Below the pieces are notes generated by a model that was not told where the DNA came from, did no database searches, and saw nothing but the letters and a program-made list of their open reading frames with translations. Of a DNA stretch of 64,000 nucleotides, positions 8,876-16,996 are shown in pieces (position 1 is the stretch's first letter; each line of letters opens with the position of its first letter). Origin of the DNA: Dehalococcoidia bacterium (lineage in GTDB: Bacteria > Chloroflexota > Dehalococcoidia > Lucifugimonadales > UBA1123); the NCBI GenBank assembly GCA_963668275.2, contig OY764155.1:2501219-2565218 (forward strand). Reading direction: 5' to 3'. Both the position numbers and the translations under genes were made by a program.

Positions 8876-9752
8876 GAGGGTGTCTGAGAAGTGTTAAAAT
8901 CATCTCATTATGAAGCGTAAATCGTATCCTACAGACCTGACAGACACCGAATGGGATATCCTCGAGCCACTGATTCCTGAAGCCGGAGCGGGCGGACGAC
9001 CGCGCTCAGTGGATATGCGCGAGATCATCAACGCCATCTTCTACGTTCTCAGAGGAGCGATACCGTGGCGGATGCTTCCCCATGACCTTCCTCGGTGCAA
9101 GACAGTCTATCACTATTTCAGAGTATGGCGAATAGAAGGTGTGGGGGAGGACATGAACGAAGCGTTGCGCGAGCGAGTGAGGCTGACACAGGGACGTTGT
9201 TCCACACCGAGCGCGGTCGCGATAGACTCGCAGTGTGCCAAGACGAGCGAAAGGGGGCTTACGCAGCTACGACGGCGGCAAGAAGGTAAACGGCGGGAAG
9301 CGTCATATACTCGTGGATACTGAAGGGCTATTGCTCAAGGTGAAGGCGCATGAGGCTGGAATGAGCGACAGCGCGAGCGCCAAGATGGTTGTGTAGGGTC
9401 TGAGCGGCCGGTTTCCGAGGATGAGGAAAGTGTGGGCGGACTACGCCGCGGACTTAAGGAGTGGATGAGAACCACACTGAGTTGGGACTTGGAGGTGGTC
9501 AGACATAGTTGGTCCGGCAGGGTATGGGCGGTAGGAGAGCGGGAGCCTCCGAGTCGTCCGAAGGGATTTGCGGTGTTGGCGCGGCGCTGGGTTGTCGAGC
9601 GCGCATTCGCATGGCTGGCACGTAATCGCAGATTGTCTGAGGACTATGAATACCTGCCTGAGACTGAAGAGTCGTTCGTGTACGCCGCCATGGTCAGACT
9701 GATGCTTCGCAGACTCGCGCATCCTAACTGAAATGACTTCTCAGACACCCTC
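8876..9752 (+). mobile_element. IS5-family insertion sequence (877 bp)
   Basis: Perfect 17-bp terminal inverted repeats gagggtgtctgagaagt (8876-8892) and acttctcagacaccctc (9736-9752), flanked by direct TAA (8873-8875 and 9753-9755). Confidence 0.85.
8910..9731 (+). pseudogene. IS5-family DDE transposase with two frameshifts and an in-frame stop
   Basis: The N-terminus SYPTDLTDTEWDILEPLIPE..GGRPRSVDMREIINAIFYVLRGAIPWRMLP and the C-terminus VVERAFAWLARNRRLSEDYEYLPETEES are IS5-like. The frame changes at the G5 run 9253-9257 and again near 9450. In-frame TAG at 9394-9396. Confidence 0.8.
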
Positions 9753-9825
9753 TAACATCACTACGAATTGGTATAAATAGACAACAATCTACCGCAAATA
9801 GGTAAATTTTCTCAGTGTTGAACGT

Positions 9826-10095
9826 CTAATGCTCGGGTTGCTCGGTGCAATGTATAGTATCTTCTAGGAGTACACATCGAGGTTCCATGAATACATCTAT
9901 CTGTTGGATACCTTCTTTCAGAATAATGTCTTCTGAAACGGAATGGAATCCTCCTCTGGTAATTGACACGTGAATCGTTGTGAGTACGGTGGGTAAGGTT
10001 ATTGTAATCCCACCTCTATTAGTATCTTCTGAGTTCAAGGTCTGCATATAGCGATAGCCACTGTCGGAACGCAAGTCTATTTGCACGTAATCCAA
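9826..10095 (-). CDS. hypothetical protein in AT-richer islet
   Basis: 89-aa ORF, no family recognised. The coding status itself is uncertain. Confidence 0.25.
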   Translation of the reverse strand: MDYVQIDLRSDSGYRYMQTLNSEDTNRGGITITLPTVLTTIHVSITRGGFHSVSEDIILKEGIQQIDVFMEPRCVLLEDTIHCTEQPEH

Positions 10096-10113
10096 AAGTT
10101 GTTTATAAATATC

Positions 10114-10830
10114 CTATGTCCTGAATTTAAGACGTTTGAGACCTTCTTGTGCCAGGAAAGATTCATTGATATATACACCTGGTTGCTGAACATACGGCAC
10201 TGTTGCGTCAGCCATCGGCGGTGGACCGAAGATATACAAATCTTCTGTTGGGCTTTTTCTATTAGGATTATTGAACACAAACCGTCCAGATTTCGGGTCA
10301 TATATGGTAGTTGTCTTCTTCTCTTCATCAATCGAGAACTGTAATGGGCGATAATGCATATTCACGTTATTAGATGCTGCATCAACTGCATAGCCAAGTA
10401 TTCGATGTTCCCTGCGCCATTGTTCCTCACCGGTTTGGAGATCCATATTGAAATGCCCACCAGCGCCTACTTCACCACTAAACGTATTGATACGCGCTCG
10501 CCAAGTGTAGTGTCCTGCCCCTTGCTCTGCCCCATACAGGTTAATTCCGATGACAGCCACCTTTCCATTTTCACGCGAAACTCCCCAACTAACACCTGAC
10601 CAAATTGCGCCTTCCGGCGTTCTAATCGGTGGAATGATACCGGACACTGGTCCTATGTGCACCCACCTGAAACCATGTTGATTGCCACCACTAGCTTCCT
10701 TTAGATTGATGATTGGATGAGGCTTCAAGTTGGGATGGCGGTAAATGTTCCACGCTTGCAACACCGACACTGCAAACGTAGCGGCGGCGGCCATGACGAG
10801 TGCTACGGCGAGTATAAAGGTGAGATTCAT
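10114..10830 (-). CDS. secreted or membrane-anchored hypothetical protein
   Basis: Start taken at ATG 10830 (MNLTFILAVALVMAAAATFAVSVLQAW, signal/anchor). AT-richer than its surroundings. No family recognised. Confidence 0.5.
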   Translation of the reverse strand: MNLTFILAVALVMAAAATFAVSVLQAWNIYRHPNLKPHPIINLKEASGGNQHGFRWVHIGPVSGIIPPIRTPEGAIWSGVSWGVSRENGKVAVIGINLYGAEQGAGHYTWRARINTFSGEVGAGGHFNMDLQTGEEQWRREHRILGYAVDAASNNVNMHYRPLQFSIDEEKKTTTIYDPKSGRFVFNNPNRKSPTEDLYIFGPPPMADATVPYVQQPGVYINESFLAQEGLKRLKFRT

Positions 10831-10912
10831 GTGAAAAGTTCCTAGTCTGGATTTAGAATTACACACCACTTTACACAAAACGGAGTGTTATGAGTAAATA
10901 GTGTGCAATTTC

Positions 10913-11461
10913 CTAAAATATCTCCTCCACCCCCACCCTGAACCCCTCCATCGCCACCGACTCCAGCGTATCCCCCTCCACGTATGCCCCCGCTATCTCC
11001 AGAATCCCATCCTTCAGCAGCATCACCGTCACTATCCTGTTCGCCGGATCAACTATCCAGTACTCCCTAACCCCATACTTCGCGTACAGCCCCCTCTTGT
11101 ACTTCCAGTCCCGCCTCGACGTCGACGGAGAGAGTATCTCCACCACCAAGTCAGGCGCGCCCTGAACATTCGCGTCCGTGATTATCCCCTCGCGCCCCTT
11201 GGATATGAACAGAATATCGGGCTGAACAACATCCGTCCCCGAATCATCCGACAGAACAACATCCGTCGAAGAGAAGAACACCCTGCCCAGCTCATTATCC
11301 TCCGAGAATATGAACATCCTCGATCCCAGCCTCGCCTGGTTCCCTTGGTGTGCCATATTCGGTGATGCGAGCAAAATCAACTCCCCATCCAGAAGCTCAT
11401 ACCGTTCGCCTTCCGGCGTATTCAGATAATCCTCATACGTGTACTTCGCCTTAGCAACCAT
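10913..11461 (-). CDS. Uma2-family (DUF820) endonuclease
   Basis: YTYEDYLNTPEGERYELLDGEL, VVQPDILFI, GAPDLVVEILSPST and YWIVDP form the Uma2 PD-(D/E)xK signature. Confidence 0.85.
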   Translation of the reverse strand: MVAKAKYTYEDYLNTPEGERYELLDGELILLASPNMAHQGNQARLGSRMFIFSEDNELGRVFFSSTDVVLSDDSGTDVVQPDILFISKGREGIITDANVQGAPDLVVEILSPSTSRRDWKYKRGLYAKYGVREYWIVDPANRIVTVMLLKDGILEIAGAYVEGDTLESVAMEGFRVGVEEIF

Positions 11462-11585
11462 CTCAGCCCTCCCAATGCGCTACCCCAATTATACCATCCC
11501 GCCCGACCATCTATCCCAGAATCCATACATATCCTCTCCATCCTCATCTCACTATCCCCACCAAACCAGGACACCCGCCCTCCGA

Positions 11586-11666
11586 TCCATCCCATACATC
11601 CCCAACATCCTGTAAATCCTGATTCTGACAAAAGCCCATCATCCCGCAAATCCTGATTCTGACAAA
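11586..11666 (+). repeat. AATCCTG-type repeat cluster (two units ending aaatcctgattctgacaaa)
   Basis: catcccatacatccccaacatcctgtaaatcctgattctgacaaaagcccatcatcccgcaaatcctgattctgacaaa. Related clusters at 16892, 25769, 32352 and 54531 (inverted). Confidence 0.7.
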
Positions 11667-11728
11667 CCCTATACACCCGCCCCTCCGATACGCTACAATA
11701 CAGCCATCAAGAACAAGATTTCTAATAC

Positions 11729-11850
11729 ACATACATAAACCCGAGGTTATGTAAATGAAAAAACGAGGCCCCGAAAAATTTTCCCCATAGCTAATGCAGG
11801 TGGATAACAGGTGAAAGTCCACCTGTTCCGTCACCAGTTATCCCACCAGA
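11729..11850 (+). promoter_or_regulatory. conserved 5'-leader / ncRNA-like module, copy 1
   Basis: acatacataaa (11729) and catagctaa (11786) are 57 nt apart, followed by an 8-bp hairpin caggtgga...tccacctg. Preceded by cgctacaat (11691-11699). Paralogous modules at 25883 and 47488. Confidence 0.4.
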
Positions 11851-11910
11851 AGCCACCTGTACAACTATAACCCAAGATATATGAACCCGCCCGAAAGCGA
11901 CTCAACCCAG

Positions 11911-11945
11911 AACTGACAACTGAACACTGACGACTGAATACTGAA
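11911..11945 (+). repeat. heptanucleotide tandem tract (5 x NACTGAM)
   Basis: aactgac aactgaa cactgac gactgaa tactgaa. Every unit carries TGA. The tract ends 10 nt before ATG 11956. Confidence 0.8.
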
Positions 11946-11955
11946 AGAGGAAACC

Positions 11956-13143
11956 ATGCCCCAAACATCCGCAAACATCGTCGTCATCGGCGGAGGCGTC
12001 AACGGAACCAGCGTCGCCATGAACCTCGCCCGGATGGGCGCGGGCAAGGTCATCCTCGTCGAAAGAGGCCACCTCGCCGGCGGCGCGAGCGGACGCTCCG
12101 GCGCCATGGTCCGCGAACACTACCTCCACCCCACCCTCGTCAGGATGGCGATGGAAGCCAGCGACATCTTCCACAACTTCGGCGACGCCATTGGCGGCGA
12201 CGCCCGCTTCATCCAGACAGGCCGCGTACTCTTCTTCGGACAGCGCGACGCCGACGCAGCCCGCGCCAACGTCGAAATGAACCGCGAACTCGGAGTCGAA
12301 ATCCATACCCTAACCCCCTCCGAAATAGCCGAGATAGTCCCCCAGGCCAACCTAGACGGCATAGCGCTCGGCGTCTATGAACCCAACTCCGGCTACGCCG
12401 ACCCCATGGCCACCACCTACGCCTACGCCGACCAGGCCCGCAACCACGGCGCTGAAATCCTCACCCAAACCGCCGTCACCGAAATCAAGACCGCCGGAGG
12501 CCGCGTCACCGCCGTCCGGACCGAGCGCGGCCTCATACAGACCGACGCCGTAGTCGCCGCCATAGGCCCCTGGGTCAACAAGCTCGCCGCTCCCCTCGGC
12601 GAATTCCTGCCCGTCACCCCCATCCGCGTCCAGATGGTACACCTCCGCCGTCCCCCGTCCCTCGAATCCCTCGGCGTCAACGTCATTGACTACACCACCG
12701 GCGCCTACTTCCGAGTGGACGCCGGACACAGCACCCTAGTCGGCGGCGAGGACTGGGACGACCTCAGCGAGGTCGTCAACCCCGACGCCTTCGGCCTAAA
12801 CGCCGACCACGACACCATCACCCGCTTCTGGGACCGCGCCAGGCTCCGCTTCCCCGACTTCCACGCCGCCACACAGCGAGGCGGTTACGGCTCCCTATAC
12901 GACATGACCCCCGACGGCAACCCCATCCTCGACAAGTCCCCAAACGTCGAGGGCCTCTACTGGGCCGCCGGATTCAGCGGACACGGCTTCAAGCTATCCC
13001 CAGTCGTTGGTCGCATGGTCGCCGAATTCGTCCTTCACGGCCAAAGCCGCAACCACCCCATACAAGAGTTCCGAGCCGCCCGCTTCGACGAAGATGACCT
13101 CCTCAACGCCGACCACCCTTACCAGGGCCGCCGCCACCAATGA
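11956..13143 (+). CDS. FAD-dependent oxidoreductase (DAO / sarcosine-oxidase-beta-like)
   Basis: IVVIGGGVNGTSVAMNLARMG..VILVERGHLAGGASGRSGAMV dinucleotide-binding N-terminus, and a GFSGHGFKLSPVVG C-terminal motif. Confidence 0.85.
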   Translation: MPQTSANIVVIGGGVNGTSVAMNLARMGAGKVILVERGHLAGGASGRSGAMVREHYLHPTLVRMAMEASDIFHNFGDAIGGDARFIQTGRVLFFGQRDADAARANVEMNRELGVEIHTLTPSEIAEIVPQANLDGIALGVYEPNSGYADPMATTYAYADQARNHGAEILTQTAVTEIKTAGGRVTAVRTERGLIQTDAVVAAIGPWVNKLAAPLGEFLPVTPIRVQMVHLRRPPSLESLGVNVIDYTTGAYFRVDAGHSTLVGGEDWDDLSEVVNPDAFGLNADHDTITRFWDRARLRFPDFHAATQRGGYGSLYDMTPDGNPILDKSPNVEGLYWAAGFSGHGFKLSPVVGRMVAEFVLHGQSRNHPIQEFRAARFDEDDLLNADHPYQGRRHQ

Positions 13144-13185
13144 CCCAAACCCCAGCTCACTCCCAGCCATGATCACCCCGAACAC

Positions 13186-13241
13186 GACTAACTACTGATA
13201 ACTGACAACTGAACACTGAACACTGAACACTAAAGGCTAAT
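13186..13241 (+). repeat. heptanucleotide tandem tract (8 units, each with TGA or TAA)
   Basis: gactaac tactgat aactgac aactgaa cactgaa cactgaa cactaaa ggctaat, directly abutting ATG 13242. Confidence 0.8.
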
Positions 13242-13634
13242 ATGCCCAACCAAACCTGGACCTTCCACTACGACGCCGACTGCGGAATGTGCGCCGCCGT
13301 CGTCCGATGGCTGCGCCGCTTCGACACCCGCGACCGCGTCGCCTGGACGCCAATCCAGTCCCTCGACACGCCCCCACATGGCCTCACCCACGCTGACCTC
13401 GAGCGATCCGCCTACTTGGTATGCGCCCCGGGCGACAACCACGAAGGCTTCTTCGCCTTCCGCAAACTCCTGCTCAAACTCCCCCTGCTCTCCCCGCTCG
13501 GCGCACTAATGTGGCTTCCCGGCGCCCGGCTCATAGGCGTCCCCGCCTACCGCTGCATAGCCCGCAACAGACACAAAATATCCAACTGCAAAGTCCCCGG
13601 CATCGGTCGCCACACGAAACCCGGCCTGGACTAG
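13242..13634 (+). CDS. DCC-family thiol-disulfide oxidoreductase (DUF393)
   Basis: FHYDADCGMCAAVVRWLRRFD matches the YDGxCxxC N-terminal signature of the family. Confidence 0.75.
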   Translation: MPNQTWTFHYDADCGMCAAVVRWLRRFDTRDRVAWTPIQSLDTPPHGLTHADLERSAYLVCAPGDNHEGFFAFRKLLLKLPLLSPLGALMWLPGARLIGVPAYRCIARNRHKISNCKVPGIGRHTKPGLD

Positions 13635-13702
13635 ACCGTCCCCCACTGAATCCCACACACCCCCGCCACGCCCCGACTCCCTTTCAGCCACTTACAAAAG
13701 TT

Positions 13703-13768
13703 CCCTCTCCCTGAGGGAGAGGGCTAGGGTGAGGGTGATTAGACTGAATACCTACCCCATCAGCCCTA
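13703..13768 (+). repeat. MITE-like element, partial (core hairpin plus right arm)
   Basis: ccctctccctgagggagagggctagggtgagggtga ... cctaccccatcagccct. Confidence 0.6.
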
Positions 13769-13780
13769 CTCGCGCCCGAA

Positions 13781-13815
13781 CACTAACAACTAAGAACTAA
13801 CCACTAATCACTTAA
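13781..13815 (+). repeat. heptanucleotide tandem tract (5 x NACTAAN)
   Basis: cactaac aactaag aactaac cactaat cacttaa, followed by cgatataat (13818-13826) and ATG 13871. Confidence 0.75.
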
Positions 13816-13870
13816 TACGATATAATACCCCCGCTCGGCGCGATTCAGTGGAAGGAACCCTCTAATCAGC

Positions 13871-15106
13871 ATGGAAGGAACAGCAGTATCTCCCGAAGTC
13901 AGGCGGGGCCGAAATCAGCTTGCCGTCACCGTCGTCTTGGGACACACCGTAAAGCACATCTACAACTCCGGCCTCAACTCCGTCATCATGGCCGCCATAA
14001 AAGACGACATGGGCCTCACCGGAGCGCAGTTCGGCCTGCTCTCCACATCCCAGCGCATTACCAGCGGCACCACCACCATGCTCGCCGGCTACCTCGGAGA
14101 CCGCTTCGCCAACCGCTCCGGCATCATGCTCCTCATCTCGCTCGGCATGATGGGCATATCCTTCTATCTGCTCGGCAGCGCCCCCAACTACTGGCTGCTC
14201 ATGGCCGTCATGCTCCTCGTCGGCATCGGCCCATCCCTCTACCACTCACCCGCCATAGCGTCCCTCTCACGAAAGTTCCCCGACCGTCGCGGCTTCGCCA
14301 TCTCCCTGCACGGAACCGGCGGCAGTATCGGCGAGGTCGTCGGCCCCGTCCTTGTCGGCGGCCTCATAAGCGGCACCTACCTCGTCGCCTTCACCTGGCG
14401 AGACGTGCTGCACGTCAGCGTCGGCCCCGCGCTCTTCTTCGCCATCCTCATCTACCTGATGATGCGAAACATCCCCACCGCCGCCACCGACATAGAGTCC
14501 ATCGGCGAATACTTCAACTCGCTCCGAACCCTGCTGCGCCGACCCGCCATGATCTCCCTCGTCGTCGTAACCGCGCTCAGAAGCACCGGCCAGTCCGCTG
14601 TCATGGCATTCCTGCCCGTCTATCTCAATGAAGAACTCGGCTACGAATTCGTCGTCATCGGCCTCTTCATGTCCGGCGCGCAGGTCACCGGCATAGTCGT
14701 CCAGCCCATCATGGGCTGGCTGTCGGACAAGTTCGGACGAAAGGTCGTCCTCGTCCCATGCACCGCCGCCATGGGCCTGCTCATCGCCGCCCTCAAGTTC
14801 GCCGACTCCGAAGCCTTGCTCATCCTCACCATCCTCGCCATGGGCGCCTTCCTCTACTCCCTCCACACCATCTACATAGCCAGCGCCATGGACGTCGCCC
14901 AGGGACAAGCCCAATCCACCGTCGTATCCCTGATCTACGGAGCCAGCTTCCTCGGCGCCTTCTCCCCCTGGGTAGCGGGCGTAATAGTCGACCGCACCGA
15001 AATCTCCAACGCCTTCATCTACGGCGGCGCGATGGTAATCATCGGCGCGATAATCCTAGCCCTAACAAAGCTCCCCAAGACCGTCAACCAAGAAAATTCA
15101 GAATAG
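13871..15106 (+). CDS. MFS transporter
   Basis: About 12 hydrophobic helices and a GDRFANRSG loop 2-3 motif. Confidence 0.85.
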   Translation: MEGTAVSPEVRRGRNQLAVTVVLGHTVKHIYNSGLNSVIMAAIKDDMGLTGAQFGLLSTSQRITSGTTTMLAGYLGDRFANRSGIMLLISLGMMGISFYLLGSAPNYWLLMAVMLLVGIGPSLYHSPAIASLSRKFPDRRGFAISLHGTGGSIGEVVGPVLVGGLISGTYLVAFTWRDVLHVSVGPALFFAILIYLMMRNIPTAATDIESIGEYFNSLRTLLRRPAMISLVVVTALRSTGQSAVMAFLPVYLNEELGYEFVVIGLFMSGAQVTGIVVQPIMGWLSDKFGRKVVLVPCTAAMGLLIAALKFADSEALLILTILAMGAFLYSLHTIYIASAMDVAQGQAQSTVVSLIYGASFLGAFSPWVAGVIVDRTEISNAFIYGGAMVIIGAIILALTKLPKTVNQENSE

Positions 15107-15136
15107 ACACCGAATACGAGATAAACGGATACAGAA

Positions 15137-15493
15137 ATGGGAACCTTCAGCGTCAACATCCAGATAGGAAATCCGCAAGAAACCGAGTTCGAGGAACTGA
15201 CCGCTCTGGTGGATACGGGCGCGACCACCACGGTCATACCCGCCTCCGTTCTGCGGCGTTTGGGCGTTACCCTCATCACCAGCCAGACCTTCGAGTACGC
15301 AAGCGGCGAGGAAGTGCAACTGGACATGGCCGAGATAAGAGCGCGCGTAGAAGGCCGCGAAACGGGTACTTGGGCGGTCTTCGGAAACGACAACGCCGGC
15401 GCATTGCTCGGCGCCTACACGCTCGAAGGCGTCTTCCTGGGCGTTGACCCCTACAACCGACGCCTCATACCCGTTCAGGGCATCCTGAAATAG
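15137..15493 (+). CDS. retropepsin-like (clan AA) aspartyl protease
   Basis: ALVDTGATTTVIP catalytic D-T-G-A motif in a ~118-aa single-lobe protein. Confidence 0.7.
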   Translation: MGTFSVNIQIGNPQETEFEELTALVDTGATTTVIPASVLRRLGVTLITSQTFEYASGEEVQLDMAEIRARVEGRETGTWAVFGNDNAGALLGAYTLEGVFLGVDPYNRRLIPVQGILK

Positions 15494-16768
15494 CTACGCC
15501 TCTATCAACACGACGTCCCGCTGCATCTGTGTCGTCACCTGCGGCCCGTCCTCCGACATGAACACGTCTATCTCCGACCGCACCCCGAACTCCGGGATGT
15601 AGATCCCCGGCTCTATCGTCACCGCGATGCCCGGAATCAACTGCCGCGTATCATGCGTCTCCCACGAATCCAGATTCACCGCGTTCGAGTGCACCTCTCG
15701 CCCCAGGCTATGCCCCAAACGGTGATTGAAATACTCCCCGTATCCGGCCTCTTCGATGTAGTCCCGCGCTACCTTGTCCAACTCCCACCCCTCCAGCGCT
15801 CGCCCCTCACTGAACGCCTTCTCCATCTCCGCAAGCGCCGCGTCCCGCGCCCCCAGCACTATATCGAACACCTCCCGATGCTTCGCCGGCACATCGCTGC
15901 CCACGTATGCCGTCCAGGTTATATCCCCGAACATATCATCCTCGCCCGGCAGCCGCGTCCACAGATCAATCAGCACCCAGTCCCCCCGCTTGATAGCGAC
16001 CGAATTCTCAGGCATAGGGTCGAAGTGCGGGTCCGATGCGTGCTCATTCACCGCCACCGCCGGCCCGTCCGTAACTATCATCCCCTCTTCCAGGAAGCGA
16101 TTGTTAATGAACTCCTTAATGTCATACTCCGTCACCCCCGAGTCTATGCTGTCCCCGATGTACCGGAACGCCTCCTGCACGATCACGCTCAGCTTCTCCG
16201 CCGCGTACACGTGCGACTCTAACTGCTCCGAGTTCCAACGCTGCGTCGCGTACTGCAACAGGTCCGCCGACGGCACCACCTCCACCCCCAGCCCCCTCAC
16301 CAACTCCAGCGTCCCGCCGTCCACGTTCGACACGCGAGGCAGCGCACCCTCCGGCGTGTACTCCATCGCAACCCTGACACGCCTCGTCCCCAGCTCCCGT
16401 CGCAATTCAGCTATCGCATCGCTGAGGTCTGCGGACGAATCGACACCGGGCACGCTCTCCAAGACAGCACCTCCTGACGACAGACCCACTATCTCGCCCA
16501 GCTTCTCGATCATGTCCCGCCGGTTGATGAACAGCGTCGTATCCAGGTCAAGATGATCGAACCGGCTCTGATCAACGAAGCTCAGCAGCAATCGCGGACG
16601 CCCGCTCGCCGGTATCCACAGCCACACCGGCCGCGTAACGTGTCCCACGCTGCCCACCGTATCCGCGAATATCGGATTCAGCCCCCTGTAATCGTAGAGC
16701 AGCCATCCATTGACGCCATGCTCCCCCATATACTCCTGTGCCTGCTCGATAACCTCTTGTATAGACAT
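15494..16768 (-). CDS. Xaa-Pro aminopeptidase / M24 family peptidase
   Basis: Pita-bread motifs (GDWVLIDLW, HRLGHSLGREVH, TIEPGIY). Start moved to ATG 16768 (MSIQEVIEQ), because the upstream 59 codons translate the AATCCTG repeat. Confidence 0.85.
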   Translation of the reverse strand: MSIQEVIEQAQEYMGEHGVNGWLLYDYRGLNPIFADTVGSVGHVTRPVWLWIPASGRPRLLLSFVDQSRFDHLDLDTTLFINRRDMIEKLGEIVGLSSGGAVLESVPGVDSSADLSDAIAELRRELGTRRVRVAMEYTPEGALPRVSNVDGGTLELVRGLGVEVVPSADLLQYATQRWNSEQLESHVYAAEKLSVIVQEAFRYIGDSIDSGVTEYDIKEFINNRFLEEGMIVTDGPAVAVNEHASDPHFDPMPENSVAIKRGDWVLIDLWTRLPGEDDMFGDITWTAYVGSDVPAKHREVFDIVLGARDAALAEMEKAFSEGRALEGWELDKVARDYIEEAGYGEYFNHRLGHSLGREVHSNAVNLDSWETHDTRQLIPGIAVTIEPGIYIPEFGVRSEIDVFMSEDGPQVTTQMQRDVVLIEA

Positions 16769-16891
16769 ACGAACATTCCCCCGAAGACTCAGACCCGCCC
16801 GCGACGGATTCCGCCACCAATGTAACAGCCCCACAATCAGCCCGACAAGCCAAGTCGCTCGTTCATTCCGACCGCCAAACGCCCACCCACT

Positions 16892-16935
16892 CATCCTGTA
16901 CATCCCAAAATCCGGCAAATCCTGATTCAGACAAA
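16892..16935 (+). repeat. AATCCTG-type repeat cluster
   Basis: catcctgtacatcccaaaatccggcaaatcctgattcagacaaa. Confidence 0.65.
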
Positions 16936-16938
16936 CAA

Positions 16939-16968
16939 TTGACACGCCCCAACCCCTATGCTACCAAT
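16939..16968 (+). promoter_or_regulatory. sigma70-like promoter candidate
   Basis: TTGACA (16939-16944), a 17-nt spacer, then TACCAAT (16962-16968). An AGGAA Shine-Dalgarno lies 8 nt before ATG 16997. Confidence 0.4.
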
Positions 16969-16996
16969 CAATAAGCAACAATCAGGAACGCTAAAC

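Noticed and set aside
11749-11790. Leader peptides inside the conserved module (ATG-TAA start-stop and MKKRGPEKFSP in copy 1; MPMTRRH in copy 2)
   Set aside because: The small ORFs are not conserved in length, frame or sequence between copies, and copy 3 has no ATG. The conservation is therefore at the nucleotide/RNA level.
11795-11835. Cobalamin-riboswitch-like string GGTGAAAGTCC in leader module copy 1
   Set aside because: Only this short box resembles the B12 element. No GCCACTG-type B12 box or surrounding conserved core is present, and the other two module copies lack it.
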